Shown one piece after another: positions 1-9,311 of a stretch of DNA of 32,000 nucleotides. The DNA is from Candidatus Saccharimonadota bacterium (GTDB taxonomy: Bacteria; Bacteroidota; Bacteroidia; Cytophagales; Amoebophilaceae). Under the pieces are notes generated by a model. That model was not told the origin of the DNA. It worked only from the letters and a program-made list of their open reading frames with translations, and did no database searches. The position numbers and the translations under genes were made by a program. The stretch spans positions 120,001 to 152,000 of the forward strand of contig NZ_OW441264.1 in assembly GCF_936981045.1 (NCBI RefSeq). Direction: 5' to 3'. Positions within the stretch are counted from its first letter, which is position 1, and each line of letters begins with the position of its first letter.

Positions 1-194
1 TAAGAATTTTTATTCTGCTTCCATTACTATTTCAGGGATAGAAAACATTCGTATGATTCAAAAAGGACAAGTAAGAGGAGCTAAAAATCATCTTTCTACT
101 TTTGAGAACTTTGCTATCTTAATGGCCGCATAATATCCAAAATTTGACTTAAACGAAAAACCTATACTAAGAAAACTATAGACGCGACAGAACC
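1..194 (+). mobile_element. IS6-family insertion sequence, copy 1 (last 194 bp only; the rest lies outside the window)
   Basis: Matches the 3' part of the complete copy at 6994-7826 and ends in the terminal repeat CGCGACAGAACC at 183-194. Confidence 0.9.
2..133 (+). CDS. IS6-family DDE transposase, C-terminal fragment (cut by window edge)
   Basis: Translates to KNFYSASITISGIENIRMIQKGQVRGAKNHLSTFENFAILMAA*, identical to the C-terminus of the 248-aa ORFs at 7019-7765 and elsewhere. Confidence 0.9.
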   Translation, partial: KNFYSASITISGIENIRMIQKGQVRGAKNHLSTFENFAILMAA

Positions 195-325
195 GAATGA
201 CTTCTGCTGAAGAACAATAGCCTTTAAAATAAGGTAATAATTTGGGCGAAATATTAAACATAATAACTACTTTTTCAACTGCAGATACTAAAATAATGAT
301 TTTTTAGAATAAACGAGACAGAACC
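195..325 (-). mobile_element. Degenerate fragment of an older IS6-family copy (transposase-proximal end including the IR)
   Basis: Aligns with about 10-15% mismatches (by eye) to the 3651-3772 end of the intact copies, for example GATGACTTCTG..AATATTAAACATAATAACTAC..TTTTTTAGAATAAACG(A/C)GACAGAACC. It abuts the IR of copy 1 directly. Confidence 0.8.
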
Positions 326-869
326 CTAATCCAGCAGATACAGCTACATCAGCTATATTAAAAACAGGAAGGCAATATACATAGTAATTGCCCCAAATGG
401 GTACCCAACTAGGCATAACGCCAGACCAAAGATCAATATGCAGCATATCAATTACCTGACCATAAAACCACTTCATAGGGGCGTCAGCAGGTGCGTTATT
501 CAAATATACACCATAAAAAATGCTATCTATACTATTGCCAATAGCGCCTCCTAAAACCAAGGCCCATCCGAAGATCCAAGCAGCAGGTGCATTGCTTCTT
601 ATAGATTGAATGATATACCCCAAAATAGATAAAGAGGCCAAAGCACGGAACATAGTAATCAATAACTTGCCATACTTAAAACCCAAATGGATACTAAAAG
701 CCATTCCAGCATTTAAAGTATAGGTAAGCTTCAAGACATTGCCCAAAAGATTAATTTGCCCATCTGTCCCCATTGCCATATGGGTGTGCACCCAAAGTTT
801 AAACGCTTGGTCTGCCAAGATAATCAACCATACAATAGAAAAATATTTTATAAACTGCTTCATATACAC
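288..869 (-). CDS. lspA: Lipoprotein signal peptidase II, paralog 2. The last ~11 codons and the stop are encoded by the IS6 fragment. The start is probably at 863 (MKQFIKYF).
   Basis: LspA motifs LNAGMAFS, GGAIGNSIDS and FNIADV are present. It is strongly similar along its length to the adjacent ORF 897-1487. The C-terminal GFCLVYSKKSLF* reads through 288-326, which is IS-derived sequence. Confidence 0.8.
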   Translation of the reverse strand: MYMKQFIKYFSIVWLIILADQAFKLWVHTHMAMGTDGQINLLGNVLKLTYTLNAGMAFSIHLGFKYGKLLITMFRALASLSILGYIIQSIRSNAPAAWIFGWALVLGGAIGNSIDSIFYGVYLNNAPADAPMKWFYGQVIDMLHIDLWSGVMPSWVPIWGNYYVYCLPVFNIADVAVSAGLGFCLVYSKKSLF

Positions 870-896
870 AAATTTTTATACGATAAGATCCATTAC

Positions 897-1487
897 TTAA
901 TCCTTTTTTTTCGATAGAGCCAATGTACTAAAAGAACAAAAAACAAGCCCTAATCCGAGAAAAATAGCCAGGTCTGCTATATTGAAAATAGGTAAAATGC
1001 AGACCTCTTTTCCTCCCCAAATAGGTACCCAATGGGGCATAAGACCAGACCAAAAATCAACATAGAGCATATCAATTACCTGACCATGAAACCACTTCAT
1101 AGGCGCTATGTCGGGTGCATTATTTAAATAAACACCATAAAAAATACTATCAATGGTATTGCCCATAGCACCTCCTAAAAGCAATACCCATCCCCAAATC
1201 CAAAGCGCAGGGGATGACTGAGCCAGTGATTGAACAATATGAAGTGCAATATAAAACGAAGCAAAAAGACGCACAAAGGTGATCAATAGTTTTCCATACT
1301 TAAAGCCAAATTGCAACCCAAAAGCCATGCCATAGTTCAGAACATAGGTCAACTTAAATAGGTTGCCAAATATTTTAATCTGGTGATCTAGACCTAACTC
1401 CATATGACTATATACCCAAAGCTTGCATCCTTGATCTGCAAGAATGATCAATAACAATACTAAAATGTATTTTCCATACCGCTTCAT
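897..1487 (-). CDS. lspA: Lipoprotein signal peptidase II, paralog 1
   Basis: LspA motifs LNYGMAFG, GGAMGNTIDS and FNIADL, and a four-TM-like hydrophobic profile. Confidence 0.88.
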   Translation of the reverse strand: MKRYGKYILVLLLIILADQGCKLWVYSHMELGLDHQIKIFGNLFKLTYVLNYGMAFGLQFGFKYGKLLITFVRLFASFYIALHIVQSLAQSSPALWIWGWVLLLGGAMGNTIDSIFYGVYLNNAPDIAPMKWFHGQVIDMLYVDFWSGLMPHWVPIWGGKEVCILPIFNIADLAIFLGLGLVFCSFSTLALSKKKD

Positions 1488-1529
1488 GATACAATAACGT
1501 GTAATATATTTTTACAAGATTAAATGGGC

Positions 1530-2297
1530 TTAGGTTACGCTTTTTTGAGGAACATGCTCATGGTAAGTCTTATTGCTTTTCTGTAGTGGAATGCGCAATA
1601 AAATATACAAACTATAACCAAAAGCATGGTCAAATGCTGCCAAGCCAAAACCTGGGATATCAAATGGCAAAGCATATACATTATCTTTTATTAAATTATT
1701 TGCTATTCTTTTACCGAACTTGTAGCGAGCGGTACAGCCAATAGATAATATATGCATCAGATATACCTTTCCGCCTGCTACAATTTCCCACCAATGGGCT
1801 ATGGCACTACTTTTTATATCCCGAAGAAACGGAGGAGGAAGGATACACTGCTTATCGCAACCTTTATCTCGTGGGTGGTTGCACTGAAACTTATCACTCT
1901 TTAGTTGAAAACCCAAAAAGCTTCTGGCATAACGGAAGCCTATAAAAAATTGATTGTGATCTGCAGTGGATGTCAAAAAATTATACCCTAAGCCCATTCT
2001 AAAATAAGGACCAGTAGCAGATGCAAAGGAGCCGTTGTATTGCGTGTGATTACGCTGAATGTGCCCCAATCCATAGTCTACATCCAATAAGATGTCGCTA
2101 AAATCGATAGACCCATGTATTTCATAAGCATGGCCTGTGTTTTGGTACCAACCCACGAAAGTTTTCGCTAGATCTACACCAAGGTACCAGGTAGTTGGCC
2201 AGATCCTATTTTGGGGCGCTTTATGCTTGGCCATTATATACTGAGGCAACGTACAACCCAAAATAAAAAATAGCAGTCTAATAATATAAGATAACAT
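1530..2297 (-). CDS. Hypothetical protein, probable outer-membrane beta-barrel
   Basis: 255-aa ORF with a hydrophobic N-terminus and aromatic-rich alternating segments. Its start overlaps the upstream lipoprotein ORF by 20 nt, suggesting translational coupling. Confidence 0.6.
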   Translation of the reverse strand: MLSYIIRLLFFILGCTLPQYIMAKHKAPQNRIWPTTWYLGVDLAKTFVGWYQNTGHAYEIHGSIDFSDILLDVDYGLGHIQRNHTQYNGSFASATGPYFRMGLGYNFLTSTADHNQFFIGFRYARSFLGFQLKSDKFQCNHPRDKGCDKQCILPPPFLRDIKSSAIAHWWEIVAGGKVYLMHILSIGCTARYKFGKRIANNLIKDNVYALPFDIPGFGLAAFDHAFGYSLYILLRIPLQKSNKTYHEHVPQKSVT

Positions 2298-2841
2298 GCG
2301 TTTTATCTTTCTCTCTCTCTCCTTTCAAGGGAACTGGATTTTCGCTTTTACCTTCCTTAAAGATAGGCCTTTTATGCCTCTTGGGACTAAATTTTATACC
2401 CTCAATAACATATTGTATCTGAAGTCCTCCAGCTTTAGGAGAAATTAGGGAGACGATACGTTTATAACGAATGGTAACTTTGTGATAGTATATATTATTC
2501 TCTAAACCCTCTAACTCAAAACTAACTTCATTGGCATCTGGATCGAGCCGTATAGGTAGTCGCTTATTTTTTTTATTTAATGAAATATTTGTGTCGCCAT
2601 TTGTAGCGGGCGGTTTTATTTTAAAATTCAGTTTTGAAAGTTTATAGCTCTGCAAATCTTTGAACTTATTACTGTCCTGCTTATCCTTTTCTGAATCAAA
2701 TGCAATGTTTATCTTATCAGAATATTTACTTTCCCAACTTTTAAAGTCCTTACATGCTAGCAACCCCAATAGCCAAAAGAGTATACAAGCTTTTCGAAGA
2801 TATTTCAGCGGGACAAAAGAAACCGAAAAAGAAACAAGCAT
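2278..2841 (-). CDS. Hypothetical lipoprotein
   Basis: 187-aa ORF with a lipobox-like signal ILFWLLGLLAC followed by a Lys/Asp-rich mature part. It is the first gene of a co-oriented string ending in the two lspA copies. Confidence 0.6.
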   Translation of the reverse strand: MLVSFSVSFVPLKYLRKACILFWLLGLLACKDFKSWESKYSDKINIAFDSEKDKQDSNKFKDLQSYKLSKLNFKIKPPATNGDTNISLNKKNKRLPIRLDPDANEVSFELEGLENNIYYHKVTIRYKRIVSLISPKAGGLQIQYVIEGIKFSPKRHKRPIFKEGKSENPVPLKGEREKDKTHVILYY

Positions 2842-2914
2842 GTAGAAAAAAGGTTACAAGTATATGGTTAAAATGGCTGTAAAACAACTGTTAGCCATGG
2901 ACTTTAGCTGGACG

Positions 2915-2940
2915 GTATCTGTTCAACCGCATGGTTGTGT
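2915..2940 (+). repeat. R-repeat 5' fragment, cut off by IS6 copy 2
   Basis: GTATCTGTTCAACCGCATGG matches the start of other R copies (6908, 20322, and the reverse complement of 28359 and 20149). Confidence 0.45.
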
Positions 2941-3772
2941 GGTTCTGTCGCGTCTATAGTTTTCTTAGTATAGGTTTTTCGTTTAAGTCAAATTTTGGAT
3001 ATTATGCGGCCATTAAGATAGCAAAGTTCTCAAAAGTAGAAAGATGATTTTTAGCTCCTCTTACTTGTCCTTTTTGAATCATACGAATGTTTTCTATCCC
3101 TGAAATAGTAATGGAAGCAGAATAAAAATTCTTAAAACCCAGCATAGGTTTTATCCGTTTTTTGATAAACCTATGATCTTGTTCAACTCTATTATTCAAA
3201 TATTTGTTTTGCAATATTTGAATGGTATGATCTTGATCAAGATCTGTATTGATCGCATCAAGGGCAGCTTTATTACTACCGCTTTTGTCAATTACTACTT
3301 TCTTAGGAATATTATTTTCTGTGATCGCCTTTCGAAAAAAAGAAAGCGTTGAAGACTTGTCTCTATGATCAGATAGAAAAAAGTCAACTGTATCACCATA
3401 ACGATCTACTGCTCTATATAAATAGATCCACTTCCCGTTTAGTTTAACATAGGTTTCATCCATTCTCCAACTACTACCAACTGGTCGTTTTCTTTTTCTT
3501 ACTGCTTTATCTATCAGAGGAACAAACTTAATAACCCATCTCTGTAGCGTAGAATGATCAACTCTTGCGCCTCTCATACGCATCATCTCTTCCAAATCTC
3601 TATAGCTCAAGGAAAAACGACACTTCATGTACACAAATAACAGGATGACTTCTGATGAAGAACAATAACCTTTAAAATATGGTAATAACTCGGGAGAAAT
3701 ATTAAACATAATAACTACTTTTTTAAATACCGATACTAAAATAATCATTTTTTAGAATAAACGCGACAGAAC
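2941..3772 (-). mobile_element. IS6-family insertion sequence, copy 2
   Basis: Bounded by GGTTCTGTCGCG (2941) and CGCGACAGAAC (3762-3772) and contains an intact transposase ORF. No 8-bp flanking duplication was seen. Confidence 0.95.
3002..3748 (-). CDS. IS6-family (IS26-like) DDE transposase
   Basis: WRMDETYVKLNGKWIYLYRAVD, VIDKSGSN and NNRVEQDH align with the IS26 Tnp DDE triad regions. The likely true start is the internal Met (MFNISPELL), because the first ATG lies in the IR. Confidence 0.93.
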   Translation of the reverse strand: MIILVSVFKKVVIMFNISPELLPYFKGYCSSSEVILLFVYMKCRFSLSYRDLEEMMRMRGARVDHSTLQRWVIKFVPLIDKAVRKRKRPVGSSWRMDETYVKLNGKWIYLYRAVDRYGDTVDFFLSDHRDKSSTLSFFRKAITENNIPKKVVIDKSGSNKAALDAINTDLDQDHTIQILQNKYLNNRVEQDHRFIKKRIKPMLGFKNFYSASITISGIENIRMIQKGQVRGAKNHLSTFENFAILMAA

Positions 3773-3780
3773 GGAACTAC

Positions 3781-3818
3781 CTCAGTTGTAATAAAATAAC
3801 TATTTTATTACAACTGAG
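3781..3818. terminator. Perfect 18-bp inverted repeat (2-nt spacer) downstream of the porin-like gene
   Basis: CTCAGTTGTAATAAAATA-AC-TATTTTATTACAACTGAG lies 44 nt after the stop at 3862. There is no clear U-tract, so terminator function is inferred only. Confidence 0.4.
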
Positions 3819-3861
3819 ATAGTGAATATACTACTTACAAAAATATCTAGTCTATAAAATA

Positions 3862-5112
3862 TTATAAGCTAAACTTTATACTTCCAGATAATTTATGTTC
3901 TCTTGCTTTATTTTTTGTCTTATCTACTCTACACTCTTTTACTAGACTATATCCGCCAGAAAGCGTGAAATACTTGTTGACTGCATAGGCAACTTTCGGA
4001 ATTAGATTCCACTGAGCCCGAAAGGCTTCAACAGGCTTTTGTGCATCTTCTACCGTTTCCAGATAAGATCCTCTTATAGATAATGTCCATTTAGGTGTTG
4101 CACAGTACTCTAAAGTAGCCCCAAGACCCCATGCATTTATAGAGGACAATGCATTGTTTTCCTTATCTATATAGTAGGCCGCACACATCTCTTTGCGTTC
4201 TTCATCTTTTTGAATAGCTGAAAGTCCTGATACGTAATCACCCAAACCATGCACATAAATACCTTGCGCTGTAGCTGTAAATTTTTTAGGTACCACTTGA
4301 TACTGCATGCCTAAATTCCCACCGTAGGTAGCGTAATAAATACGCTGCAATTTTTTTTCTTCAGAATTAGTACTATGTGTATAGTCTGTACAACGGAGTA
4401 AGCCACTTAAGCTAGTATTACAGCGATCCGTAACAACGCTTAAATTAAAGCCACTAGCTGGTATACTATTCTTAACTTTGAAAGGAAGTTTCTTATCTTT
4501 TAAATGATCTAGTTGAATACTTTGATTCTTTGTATCTTCCTCTTTATCACCTTTTTTTTCCAATGCTGACTTGTTTTTATCAAACAATCCTACTTGTAGC
4601 GCAACAGGCCTTTCAATAGCACAACCCATCCGGAACCAATCAAAAGTATACTCATACTTTAGTTGCAACACAGTTGCGTCTGTGGATATAAACCAAGCAG
4701 GATCTGCTTTTTCATAACCAAAAATACTAGAAGTATAGCCCATCGTTACCATCCTTCCAATAGTTACAGTAGAATTTTTAATGGTAAAAGTGTTTCCATC
4801 CCACTTAGCATCTATCTTTACGGTTGCATCTTTGTTACACCAAGCTTTTGGCACATCCGCATTGAATGTTAGCTGCGCACCAAGACTATTTTTAGTCGAC
4901 CACGTTTGGCGTTGGTATACAAAGGCAGGGCTCATCGTAACAGTAGTGCCCAATTTTATTAAATTTTTAGAATCATCTTTTTTTTCTGCCGCTTCTTCTG
5001 CCTTTTTATCTACTTCATCTTCTTCTAATTGAAATCCACATTGATCAGCATATATAGGATGTAGGATGCTATTGGCAAAAAATAAGCCAAGTAACGCGAT
5101 TTTAATTTTCAT
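3862..5112 (-). CDS. Hypothetical outer-membrane porin-like beta-barrel protein
   Basis: 416-aa ORF with a signal peptide (MKIKIALLGLFFANSILHPIYA), an acidic linker, then alternating beta-strand-like segments with aromatic ends. Confidence 0.6.
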   Translation of the reverse strand: MKIKIALLGLFFANSILHPIYADQCGFQLEEDEVDKKAEEAAEKKDDSKNLIKLGTTVTMSPAFVYQRQTWSTKNSLGAQLTFNADVPKAWCNKDATVKIDAKWDGNTFTIKNSTVTIGRMVTMGYTSSIFGYEKADPAWFISTDATVLQLKYEYTFDWFRMGCAIERPVALQVGLFDKNKSALEKKGDKEEDTKNQSIQLDHLKDKKLPFKVKNSIPASGFNLSVVTDRCNTSLSGLLRCTDYTHSTNSEEKKLQRIYYATYGGNLGMQYQVVPKKFTATAQGIYVHGLGDYVSGLSAIQKDEERKEMCAAYYIDKENNALSSINAWGLGATLEYCATPKWTLSIRGSYLETVEDAQKPVEAFRAQWNLIPKVAYAVNKYFTLSGGYSLVKECRVDKTKNKAREHKLSGSIKFSL

Positions 5113-5421
5113 AGCAATAACATGTTCAAAATTATATAACTTATTATAGTCCTACTTAAGGCCCCCTTGTAAAAAGAGACTAAAAAGCCAGCTATCCGCC
5201 TAACCAGCGCGCTTACTGTTGTAAAAAATACTGAGCTATCAGATAACTAATTATAATAAATATTATGCTTACAAACAATATTTACAAGGAACCATTCATC
5301 TCAATCCAGCAAATTTTGTAGACCTTCCAGCTTGCTTACGCCATTTAATGGCTAATTTTTATCTTGGCATATTTTGTTTTTTGCATGTTTAGGTGGATTA
5401 TACTTGGTACATCGCATAGAC

Positions 5422-5661
5422 ACGTGAGTTCGGGATTAGATTATTTTTTCATTTGATAATCAATATCAATGAAAATTTATAAAATTTGTTTTATAGACAG
5501 TTAAATAGGTAGTTGAATAACAAATAATTCTTATAATCAGTTTATTATATATATTGTATTTATAAAATTAGATATAAAAACTTGTTAAATAGGTGCAAAT
5601 ATTAACTAAATAATTGATATTAAATTGTTGTAAATCAGTCAAATAAATCCCGAACTCACGT
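5422..5661 (+). mobile_element. AT-rich ~240-bp MITE, copy A (orientation a)
   Basis: Starts ACGTGAGTTCGGGATT and ends AATCCCGAACTCACGT. The interior is near-identical to the other copies. The flanks TAGAC/TAATA are not a clean duplication. Confidence 0.85.
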
Positions 5662-5780
5662 TAATAGGCACCCCCCACCTTTTGCCTTGAAATGTTGCGT
5701 TTTCAGAACCAACATGTTATACGATCAGATTGGTCAAAGTTCCTCACCGTATTAAGCGCATCGTGGAATCAATTGGGCTT

Positions 5781-6602
5781 CTATACGTCATTGGCCTTAG
5801 TTATAAAAAAGTAATCTTGTTTTGGCCTTTGGAATAAACGCACCTGTTCCAAGCGATTACTATAAAAAACAGCTCCAGCTCCTATACTGAAATCAAATGA
5901 AAAGTTGGCCCATATACTCTGCTCAGAATGAGCGGGCTTAATAAATGTGTGCACACCCAGCAATTCTTCCAATAACGCATCTGCAGCCACGTCATTCAGC
6001 GGGTTATTATGATTGGGTGGGACTGATTCTTTTGTAGCAATGGCAGAGAAATCACTATTTATCTGGATGTTGGGTTGTTGCAAATAAGGTCTAAGGTTGA
6101 CTTTGTGCCATGTTTGATTGGACAAATCGTATGTCCAAAAATTTATATAAGGGCTACCATCGACGGTTAAATCTATTGGTTTATCATTACGACAGTCACT
6201 TATAATTTTAAAAGATTTGATTTGCACCCATACTTGCCCAATAGGATCGTAAGCATACAGATCTTTTATTTTTTCATATTCATTTAGCACGATCTCGCTT
6301 TTGTTATCACCATCAGTTGGCTCTATGGGTTGTGCCATAGCCTGACTTAAAAGGGCCTCATTAGAGGCATCCTTCGTTTGATTGTTTTGGGTAGGGATGG
6401 AACCACAATGGTCTTTTTTGCTTTTTTTAGAGGAATGTCGCTTGCAAAATTCTTTTATCTTTTGTAAGATCGTCAGGGAGTTTTTACTGGTTGTATTTTT
6501 TACATTTCCTGCATAAGCGTTAGTAAATACGCAAAGAAGAAAACTAGAAATACTTATTAAGATAGGTATTTTACTATGTTTAGGTAGGTTAATGCGCCCC
6601 AT
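5781..6602 (-). CDS. Hypothetical secreted protein
   Basis: 273-aa ORF with an N-terminal signal-like segment (ILISISSFLLCVFTNAYA). No recognisable domain. Confidence 0.6.
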   Translation of the reverse strand: MGRINLPKHSKIPILISISSFLLCVFTNAYAGNVKNTTSKNSLTILQKIKEFCKRHSSKKSKKDHCGSIPTQNNQTKDASNEALLSQAMAQPIEPTDGDNKSEIVLNEYEKIKDLYAYDPIGQVWVQIKSFKIISDCRNDKPIDLTVDGSPYINFWTYDLSNQTWHKVNLRPYLQQPNIQINSDFSAIATKESVPPNHNNPLNDVAADALLEELLGVHTFIKPAHSEQSIWANFSFDFSIGAGAVFYSNRLEQVRLFQRPKQDYFFITKANDV

Positions 6603-6652
6603 AATTTTTACTGTTCATTAAGTTATACTTCCCAATATCATTGCTTGTTTAT

Positions 6653-6790
6653 GCTTCATTCGGCTGGATGGCAATGTTGCGACAAGCAAAGAGTCCGCTT
6701 TAAGCCCCCTCTTAGTAGAGAGTAGCGCAACTTGTTACTAAAAAGGGTATTGCTTGCATGCGTTCTGACCAAGCAAAAAGCAGAGTAGAT
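6653..6790 (+). repeat. Degenerate R-repeat copy
   Basis: Patchy matches to R modules: CATTCGGCTGGATGGC, GCAACTTGT and GACCAAGCAAAAAGCAG. Confidence 0.35.
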
Positions 6791-6907
6791 ACATTTCTTT
6801 TATAGGCTATGCTTCGTAAAAGGATAGTTTTTGGGATTCCTTAGATAACCTCAGGTTGCTGTTGTACTTACGGTTAATGTAATGGTTTCTTTTCAATTAT
6901 ACAAGCC

Positions 6908-6993
6908 GTATCCGTTCAACCAATGGCCAAACTGTCTACAAACCAGAAAAAACGTCCCCTGTAAAAAACTGCGATGCGTAAGTGAACCTTCAA
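6908..6993 (+). repeat. R-repeat 5' part, truncated by IS6 copy 3
   Basis: GTATCCGTTCAACCAATGGCC..AGAAAAAACGTCCCCTGTAAAAAACTGCGATGCGTAAGTG aligns with 17161-17205 of R1 and stops at the IS6 IR. Confidence 0.6.
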
Positions 6994-7826
6994 GGTTCTG
7001 TCGCGTTTATTCTAAAAAATGATTATTTTAGTATCGGTATTTAAAAAAGTAGTTATTATGTTTAATATTTCTCCCGAGTTATTACCATATTTTAAAGGTT
7101 ATTGTTCTTCATCAGAAGTCATCCTGTTATTTGTATACATGAAGTGTCGTTTTTCCTTGAGCTATAGAGATTTGGAAGAGATGATGCGTATGAGAGGCGC
7201 AAGAGTTGATCATTCTACGCTACAGAGATGGGTTATTAAGTTTGTTCCTCTGATAGATAAAGCAGTAAGAAAAAGAAAACGACCAATTGGTAGTAGTTGG
7301 AGAATGGATGAAACCTATGTTAAACTAAACGGGAAGTGGATCTATTTATATAGAGCAGTAGATCGTTATGGTGATACAGTTGACTTTTTTCTATCTGATC
7401 ATAGAGACAAGTCTTCAACGCTTTCTTTTTTTCGCAAGGCGATCACAGAAAATAATATTCCTAAGAAAGTAGTAATTGACAAAAGCGGTAGTAATAAAGC
7501 TGCCCTTGATGCGATCAATACAGATCTTGATCAAGATCATACCATTCAAATATTGCAAAACAAATATTTGAATAATAGAGTTGAACAAGATCATAGGTTT
7601 ATCAAAAAACGGATAAAACCTATGCTGGGTTTTAAGAATTTTTATTCTGCTTCCATTACTATTTCAGGGATAGAAAACATTCGTATGATTCAAAAAGGAC
7701 AAGTAAGAGGAGCTAAAAATCATCTTTCTACTTTTGAGAACTTTGCTATCTTAATGGCCGCATAATATCCAAAATTTGACTTAAACGAAAAACCTATACT
7801 AACGAAAATATAGACGCGACAGAACC
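6994..7826 (+). mobile_element. IS6-family insertion sequence, copy 3
   Basis: 833 bp, with GGTTCTGTCGCG at 6994 and CGCGACAGAACC ending at 7826, and an intact ORF. Confidence 0.95.
7019..7765 (+). CDS. IS6-family DDE transposase
   Basis: 248-aa ORF differing from copy 2 by a single residue (RPIGSSW versus RPVGSSW). Confidence 0.93.
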   Translation: MIILVSVFKKVVIMFNISPELLPYFKGYCSSSEVILLFVYMKCRFSLSYRDLEEMMRMRGARVDHSTLQRWVIKFVPLIDKAVRKRKRPIGSSWRMDETYVKLNGKWIYLYRAVDRYGDTVDFFLSDHRDKSSTLSFFRKAITENNIPKKVVIDKSGSNKAALDAINTDLDQDHTIQILQNKYLNNRVEQDHRFIKKRIKPMLGFKNFYSASITISGIENIRMIQKGQVRGAKNHLSTFENFAILMAA

Positions 7827-7847
7827 CGTTTGGCCAATGGTGTCACC

Positions 7848-9287
7848 TTATCCGACACTGCCTTCTAAAGTAAGTGCTAGTAGTTTTTGTGCTTCTACAG
7901 CAAACTCCATAGGCAACTGATTGAGTACTTCCTTGCAGTAGCCATTGACAATAAGCGCAATGGCGTTCTCATGATCAATACCACGTTGATTACAATAAAA
8001 AAGTTGGTCTTCACTAATTTTAGAGGTAGTAGCTTCATGTGCAACCTGCCCAGTTGGGTTTTTTACTTCTATATAAGGGAAAGTATGGGCGCCACAATTA
8101 TCTCCCATCAATAAAGAGTCGCACTGAGAAAAATTAGTGGCATATGCTGCTCCAGCCGTGAGCTTGACCAACCCTCTATAGCTATTGCTGGACTGACCAG
8201 CTGCAATACCCTTGGATACAATTCGACTCTTGGTATGTTTCCCTAAGTGAATCATTTTTGTGCCTGTATCTGCTTGCTGTTTGTTCTTAGTCACTGCTAC
8301 AGAGTAAAATTCACCTACCGAATGGTCTCCCATTAAAATGCAACTAGGGTACTTCCAAGTAATAGATGAACCTGTTTCTACTTGTGTCCAGGAAATTTTA
8401 GCATGCGCGCCTGCACAAAGGCCTCGCTTGGTTACAAAATTATAGACCCCGCCCACGCCATCCTTATTGCCTGGATACCAATTTTGTACAGTAGCATATT
8501 TTACATGGGCCCCTTTTTCAGCATAAATCTCTACTACGGCGGCATGTAATTGATGTTCGTCCCGCATAGGGGCTGTGCACCCTTCTAAGTAGCTAACACA
8601 AGCATCTTCTTCTGCTACAATTAAAGTGCGTTCAAATTGACCCGTATTGGTGGCATTGATGCGAAAATAGGTGGAAAGCTCCATAGGACAATGCACACCT
8701 TTGGGAATGTAGCAAAAGGAGCCATCACTAAATACAGCAGTATTGAGGGTAGCAAAGTAATTGTCGGTCATAGGGACTACCTTACCCAAATATTTTTGAA
8801 CCAAATCAGGGTACTTTTGAACGGCGTCACTAAAAGAACAGAAAATAATGCCTAGCCTGTTTAACGTATCTTTAAAGGTGGTTCCAACGGAAACACTATC
8901 CAATACTACGTCCATAGCTACGCCTGCTAGCCTTTTTTGCTCCTCTAACGAAATCCCCAAGCGCTTAAAGGTAGCCAATAATTCTGGATCCGCCTCTTCT
9001 AAACTGTTTAATTGCGCTTTTTGTTTGGGTGCTGCATAATAAATAATATTTTGGTAATCTATAGGTGAATAGGATACCTTTGCCCAGGTAGGCTCTTTTA
9101 TTTTGGAGAGATGATCAAAAGCTTGTAAACGCCGTTTTAGCAACCAATCTGGTTCGTTTTTTTTCTCAGCAATCAGGCGAATGGTAGCTTCCGTTAAGCC
9201 TTTTGGAATCGCATCTACAGGAATATTGCTCTCAAAACCATATGGGTAATCAGATGAAATAATATCTCGTATGTTTTGTGCTTCCAT
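7848..9287 (-). CDS. sufB: Fe-S cluster assembly protein SufB
   Basis: 479 aa with typical SufB blocks: [59 protein letters not shown] and LPMEFAVEA. Confidence 0.93.
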   Translation of the reverse strand: MEAQNIRDIISSDYPYGFESNIPVDAIPKGLTEATIRLIAEKKNEPDWLLKRRLQAFDHLSKIKEPTWAKVSYSPIDYQNIIYYAAPKQKAQLNSLEEADPELLATFKRLGISLEEQKRLAGVAMDVVLDSVSVGTTFKDTLNRLGIIFCSFSDAVQKYPDLVQKYLGKVVPMTDNYFATLNTAVFSDGSFCYIPKGVHCPMELSTYFRINATNTGQFERTLIVAEEDACVSYLEGCTAPMRDEHQLHAAVVEIYAEKGAHVKYATVQNWYPGNKDGVGGVYNFVTKRGLCAGAHAKISWTQVETGSSITWKYPSCILMGDHSVGEFYSVAVTKNKQQADTGTKMIHLGKHTKSRIVSKGIAAGQSSNSYRGLVKLTAGAAYATNFSQCDSLLMGDNCGAHTFPYIEVKNPTGQVAHEATTSKISEDQLFYCNQRGIDHENAIALIVNGYCKEVLNQLPMEFAVEAQKLLALTLEGSVG

Positions 9288-9311
9288 AATTTACCAGATA
9301 AATGTTTATTA

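Noticed and set aside
2660-2845. 61-aa + strand ORF
   Set aside because: It is antisense to the 5' end of the lipoprotein CDS, which has a convincing lipobox signal.
4663-5032. Two + strand ORFs (4663-4872, 4781-5032)
   Set aside because: They are antisense to the porin-like CDS, overlap each other and have no recognisable features.
5469-5504. Mini-ORF (MKIYKICFIDS*) inside MITE copy A
   Set aside because: The ATG is absent in other copies (for example ATAAAAATTT in the copies at 9519, 20644 and 29682), so it is not conserved. It is most likely a chance ORF in AT-rich DNA.
7887-9039. Three + strand ORFs (7887-8114, 8637-8855, 8848-9039)
   Set aside because: They are entirely antisense to the well-supported sufB CDS and have low-complexity, non-homologous translations.
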